A DNA stretch of 63,772 bases, filler included, from Lama guanicoe (taxonomy: Eukaryota): assembly GCA_013239625.1 (NCBI GenBank). It is 180 parts of 180 records of this genome, joined end to end, with 100 filler letters (N's around TTAATTAATTAA, not from the genome) between each part and the next. Parts side by side here need not be neighbours in the genome. Positions count along the whole stretch, not along the records: positions 61,033 to 61,287 come from PNXV01049248.1; positions 61,388 to 61,642 come from PNXV01049249.1; positions 61,743 to 61,997 come from PNXV01049250.1; positions 62,098 to 62,352 come from PNXV01049251.1; positions 62,453 to 62,707 come from PNXV01049252.1; positions 62,808 to 63,062 come from PNXV01049253.1; positions 63,163 to 63,417 come from PNXV01049254.1; positions 63,518 to 63,772 come from PNXV01049255.1; 172 more parts are not named here. One strand, 5' to 3'. This document shows, in pieces, positions 60,933 through 63,772 of the stretch. The notes below the pieces were generated by a model. That model ran no database searches, had not been told where the DNA came from, and saw only the letters and a list, made by a program, of their open reading frames with translations. Positions within the stretch are counted from its first letter, which is position 1; every line of letters begins with the position of its first letter. Made by a program: the position numbers and the translations under genes.

Positions 60933-62097
60933 NNNNNNNNNNNNNNNNNNNNNNNNNNNNNNNNNNNNNNNNNNNNTTAATTAATTAANNNNNNNNNNNN
61001 NNNNNNNNNNNNNNNNNNNNNNNNNNNNNNNNACAAAAATAGCTCTCTTTTCAGCCAGGACATAGGAATAGCAGGATGGTACCTATCAATGGTTTAATTC
61101 ATAAAGCGTTGATTTCCCTTACATTTAAAATGAAAGCAATCACTACCCTATATTTCTAATCCTAACAAAGGAGTTAGTCATCTCATATAAAGTATTACTC
61201 AAGTGTAACCAACAGTTAACAACACAGACAATAAGATGCACGGCTGTTAGGGCAAGTGCTTTGCTTCATATGTGCTAAGAAATAGATNNNNNNNNNNNNN
61301 NNNNNNNNNNNNNNNNNNNNNNNNNNNNNNNTTAATTAATTAANNNNNNNNNNNNNNNNNNNNNNNNNNNNNNNNNNNNNNNNNNNNGTGGAGTTTTAAG
61401 AGTTCATTGTACATTTTGGATAACAGTCCTTTTCTTTTGCCAACATTTCTGTATGTGCAAACTACATGTTCTTTGAAATATCTTAGCAATGAAAGCAAAA
61501 CCAATTAAGCTATAAGCTTAAGACTTCCTCAGATAATCCTACCCATCTATGATGATATCCAAGTTGGTAAAAAATCATAATTGTGTTGATGTGTGTGTTC
61601 ATATATGTAAGAGCATTGTCCAGTATTTCTTATGGCCCCCCCNNNNNNNNNNNNNNNNNNNNNNNNNNNNNNNNNNNNNNNNNNNNTTAATTAATTAANN
61701 NNNNNNNNNNNNNNNNNNNNNNNNNNNNNNNNNNNNNNNNNNGTGACGTCAGGCAAGATGATCTCATGAGAAGAGGCTGGAGCCGAAGCCAGGCCCGTGT
61801 GGAGCAGCACATGGTGACTGTGGGGAGCAGGAGCCCAGGAGGGGCTGAAGCTCCGACCTGAGTCACTGAGAGAATGACTCTCTTGGAGGAGAGTGGGGAG
61901 GAAGTGAGAGAGATGATGGCGGGAGTGGAGGTGGGGGCGGCATGGAATCCTTCCCAACACAGACCACCAGTAGCTCCACAGTAAGGAGAAATGATAANNN
62001 NNNNNNNNNNNNNNNNNNNNNNNNNNNNNNNNNNNNNNNNNTTAATTAATTAANNNNNNNNNNNNNNNNNNNNNNNNNNNNNNNNNNNNNNNNNNNN

Positions 62098-62352
62098 AGC
62101 TGGATCGTATGGTACCTTCACTTTTAGTTTTTCAAGGAACCCTCATACTGTTTTTCATAATCATCGTACCAATTTATAGCCCCACCAACAGTGTAGGAGG
62201 GTTCCCTTTTCTGCCCATTGTCTCTGGCATTTGTTTTTGTAGACATTTTAATGATGGCCATTCTGACTGGCGTGAGGTGCTACCTCATTGTAGTTTTATG
62301 TGAATTTCTTTAATAATTAGCAATGTTGAGCATCTTTTCATGTGCCTGTTGG
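62098..62352 (-). mobile_element. L1 ORF2 3' region, antisense
   Basis: aaggaacctcatactgtttt...cccaccaacagtgtaggagggttcccttttct...gatggccattctgactgg. Confidence 0.93.
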
Positions 62353-63163
62353 NNNNNNNNNNNNNNNNNNNNNNNNNNNNNNNNNNNNNNNNNNNNTTAA
62401 TTAATTAANNNNNNNNNNNNNNNNNNNNNNNNNNNNNNNNNNNNNNNNNNNNTGGGGTAGCAGCCCACCGAAACTATTAGCTCTAGATTAGGTAGCAGCA
62501 GTGGTAGAAGGAAGCCCATGGCTGGCTTTTATAAGTCATTTTAGAACTTGTCTTGGAAAGAATGGATTCTACCTTTCTAGCCCTCAGTTTTTGTGAGGTC
62601 ATTGGCTACCCCTCCTCCCTGCTCTTAACTTCCACAAGAAAAAAAGGGGTTTCCTGACTATCACTAGACTTTGTTATATCTGATCTGTTTAATCATGGAC
62701 CTCTAACNNNNNNNNNNNNNNNNNNNNNNNNNNNNNNNNNNNNNNNNNNNNTTAATTAATTAANNNNNNNNNNNNNNNNNNNNNNNNNNNNNNNNNNNNN
62801 NNNNNNNATATATAAAATATTCATGTGCAAAAAATAGTGTGCATATGTTTAATGTATGTTGCACAGAAGTACTTGAAAAGGAAAATGTACATGATATTAT
62901 TCTAAATAAAATGAATAGAGAAAACACTGTTTATATTATATAATTTTAATAATGTATATGAAAATATTTGTACAGTGAATAATGGAAAACTATATACACA
63001 AATTATTAACAATGCAAACATTTGGCTGAATGTGTCACATATGTATTATCTCTTTAATGATTNNNNNNNNNNNNNNNNNNNNNNNNNNNNNNNNNNNNNN
63101 NNNNNNTTAATTAATTAANNNNNNNNNNNNNNNNNNNNNNNNNNNNNNNNNNNNNNNNNNNNC

Positions 63164-63415
<252 letters not shown>

Positions 63416-63772
63416 GTNNNNNNNNNNNNNNNNNNNNNNNNNNNNNNNNNNNNNNNNNNNNTTAATTAATTAANNNNNNNNNNNNNNNNNNNNNNNNNNN
63501 NNNNNNNNNNNNNNNNNATCTTCTTTTAGGTATAATACAACCCAAATTCCCCCCAGGCCCACAGAGTACTCTCCCCTTTGGCCACCAGGAGCCAGCCACC
63601 CTGCTGTCTTTGTCTCTCGAGGAGGACACCAAGCACGACCCACCTGGGGGACTTTGTTCCCACCTAGTCCCCCCTCCCCGAAGCCCCGGAGACTCTGCAC
63701 TGACCTCTGCCTTGCCTTTCAGATCTGAGCGTAAACGTCACTGCCCCAGTTCACCCCACCTTATCATTCTGC

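Noticed and set aside
23053..62352. Six contigs covering nearly the same L1 ORF2 3' segment
   Set aside because: Expected from 5'-truncated L1 copies and repeat-induced contig breaks; not a novel system

Overview
This is not a contiguous locus. It is an artificial concatenation of about 180 unrelated short contigs (253-255 bp each), joined by a constant 100-nt linker (N44-TTAATTAATTAA-N44) that has stop codons in all six frames. Neighbouring pieces carry no synteny information, and most of the ORF track (entries ending XXXX/LIN) is artefact. The content is eutherian genomic DNA, most likely a camelid, judged from two copies of a tRNA-derived Vic-1-like SINE and cetartiodactyl-type L1 ends. 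Most contigs are L1, L2, MIR, LTR or DNA-transposon fragments, simple repeats, CpG-island pieces or anonymous DNA. Recognisable protein-coding homology is limited to five fragments: an alpha-tubulin pseudogene, an OR6C3-like olfactory receptor, an SMG5 processed pseudogene (missed by the ORF track), a frameshifted EnvR(b)/syncytin-Car1-like retroviral env (also missed), and a KIF2B-like kinesin-13 with a mutated P-loop. Four adjacent contig pairs are de Bruijn bubble arms with exactly 49 identical nt at both ends. I see no evidence for a new multi-gene system. The best leads are the env family, the KIF2B P-loop variant, an unrecognised repeat family and three rearranged or nested retroelement junctions. 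All repeat and gene names come from recalled consensus similarity, not database searches.
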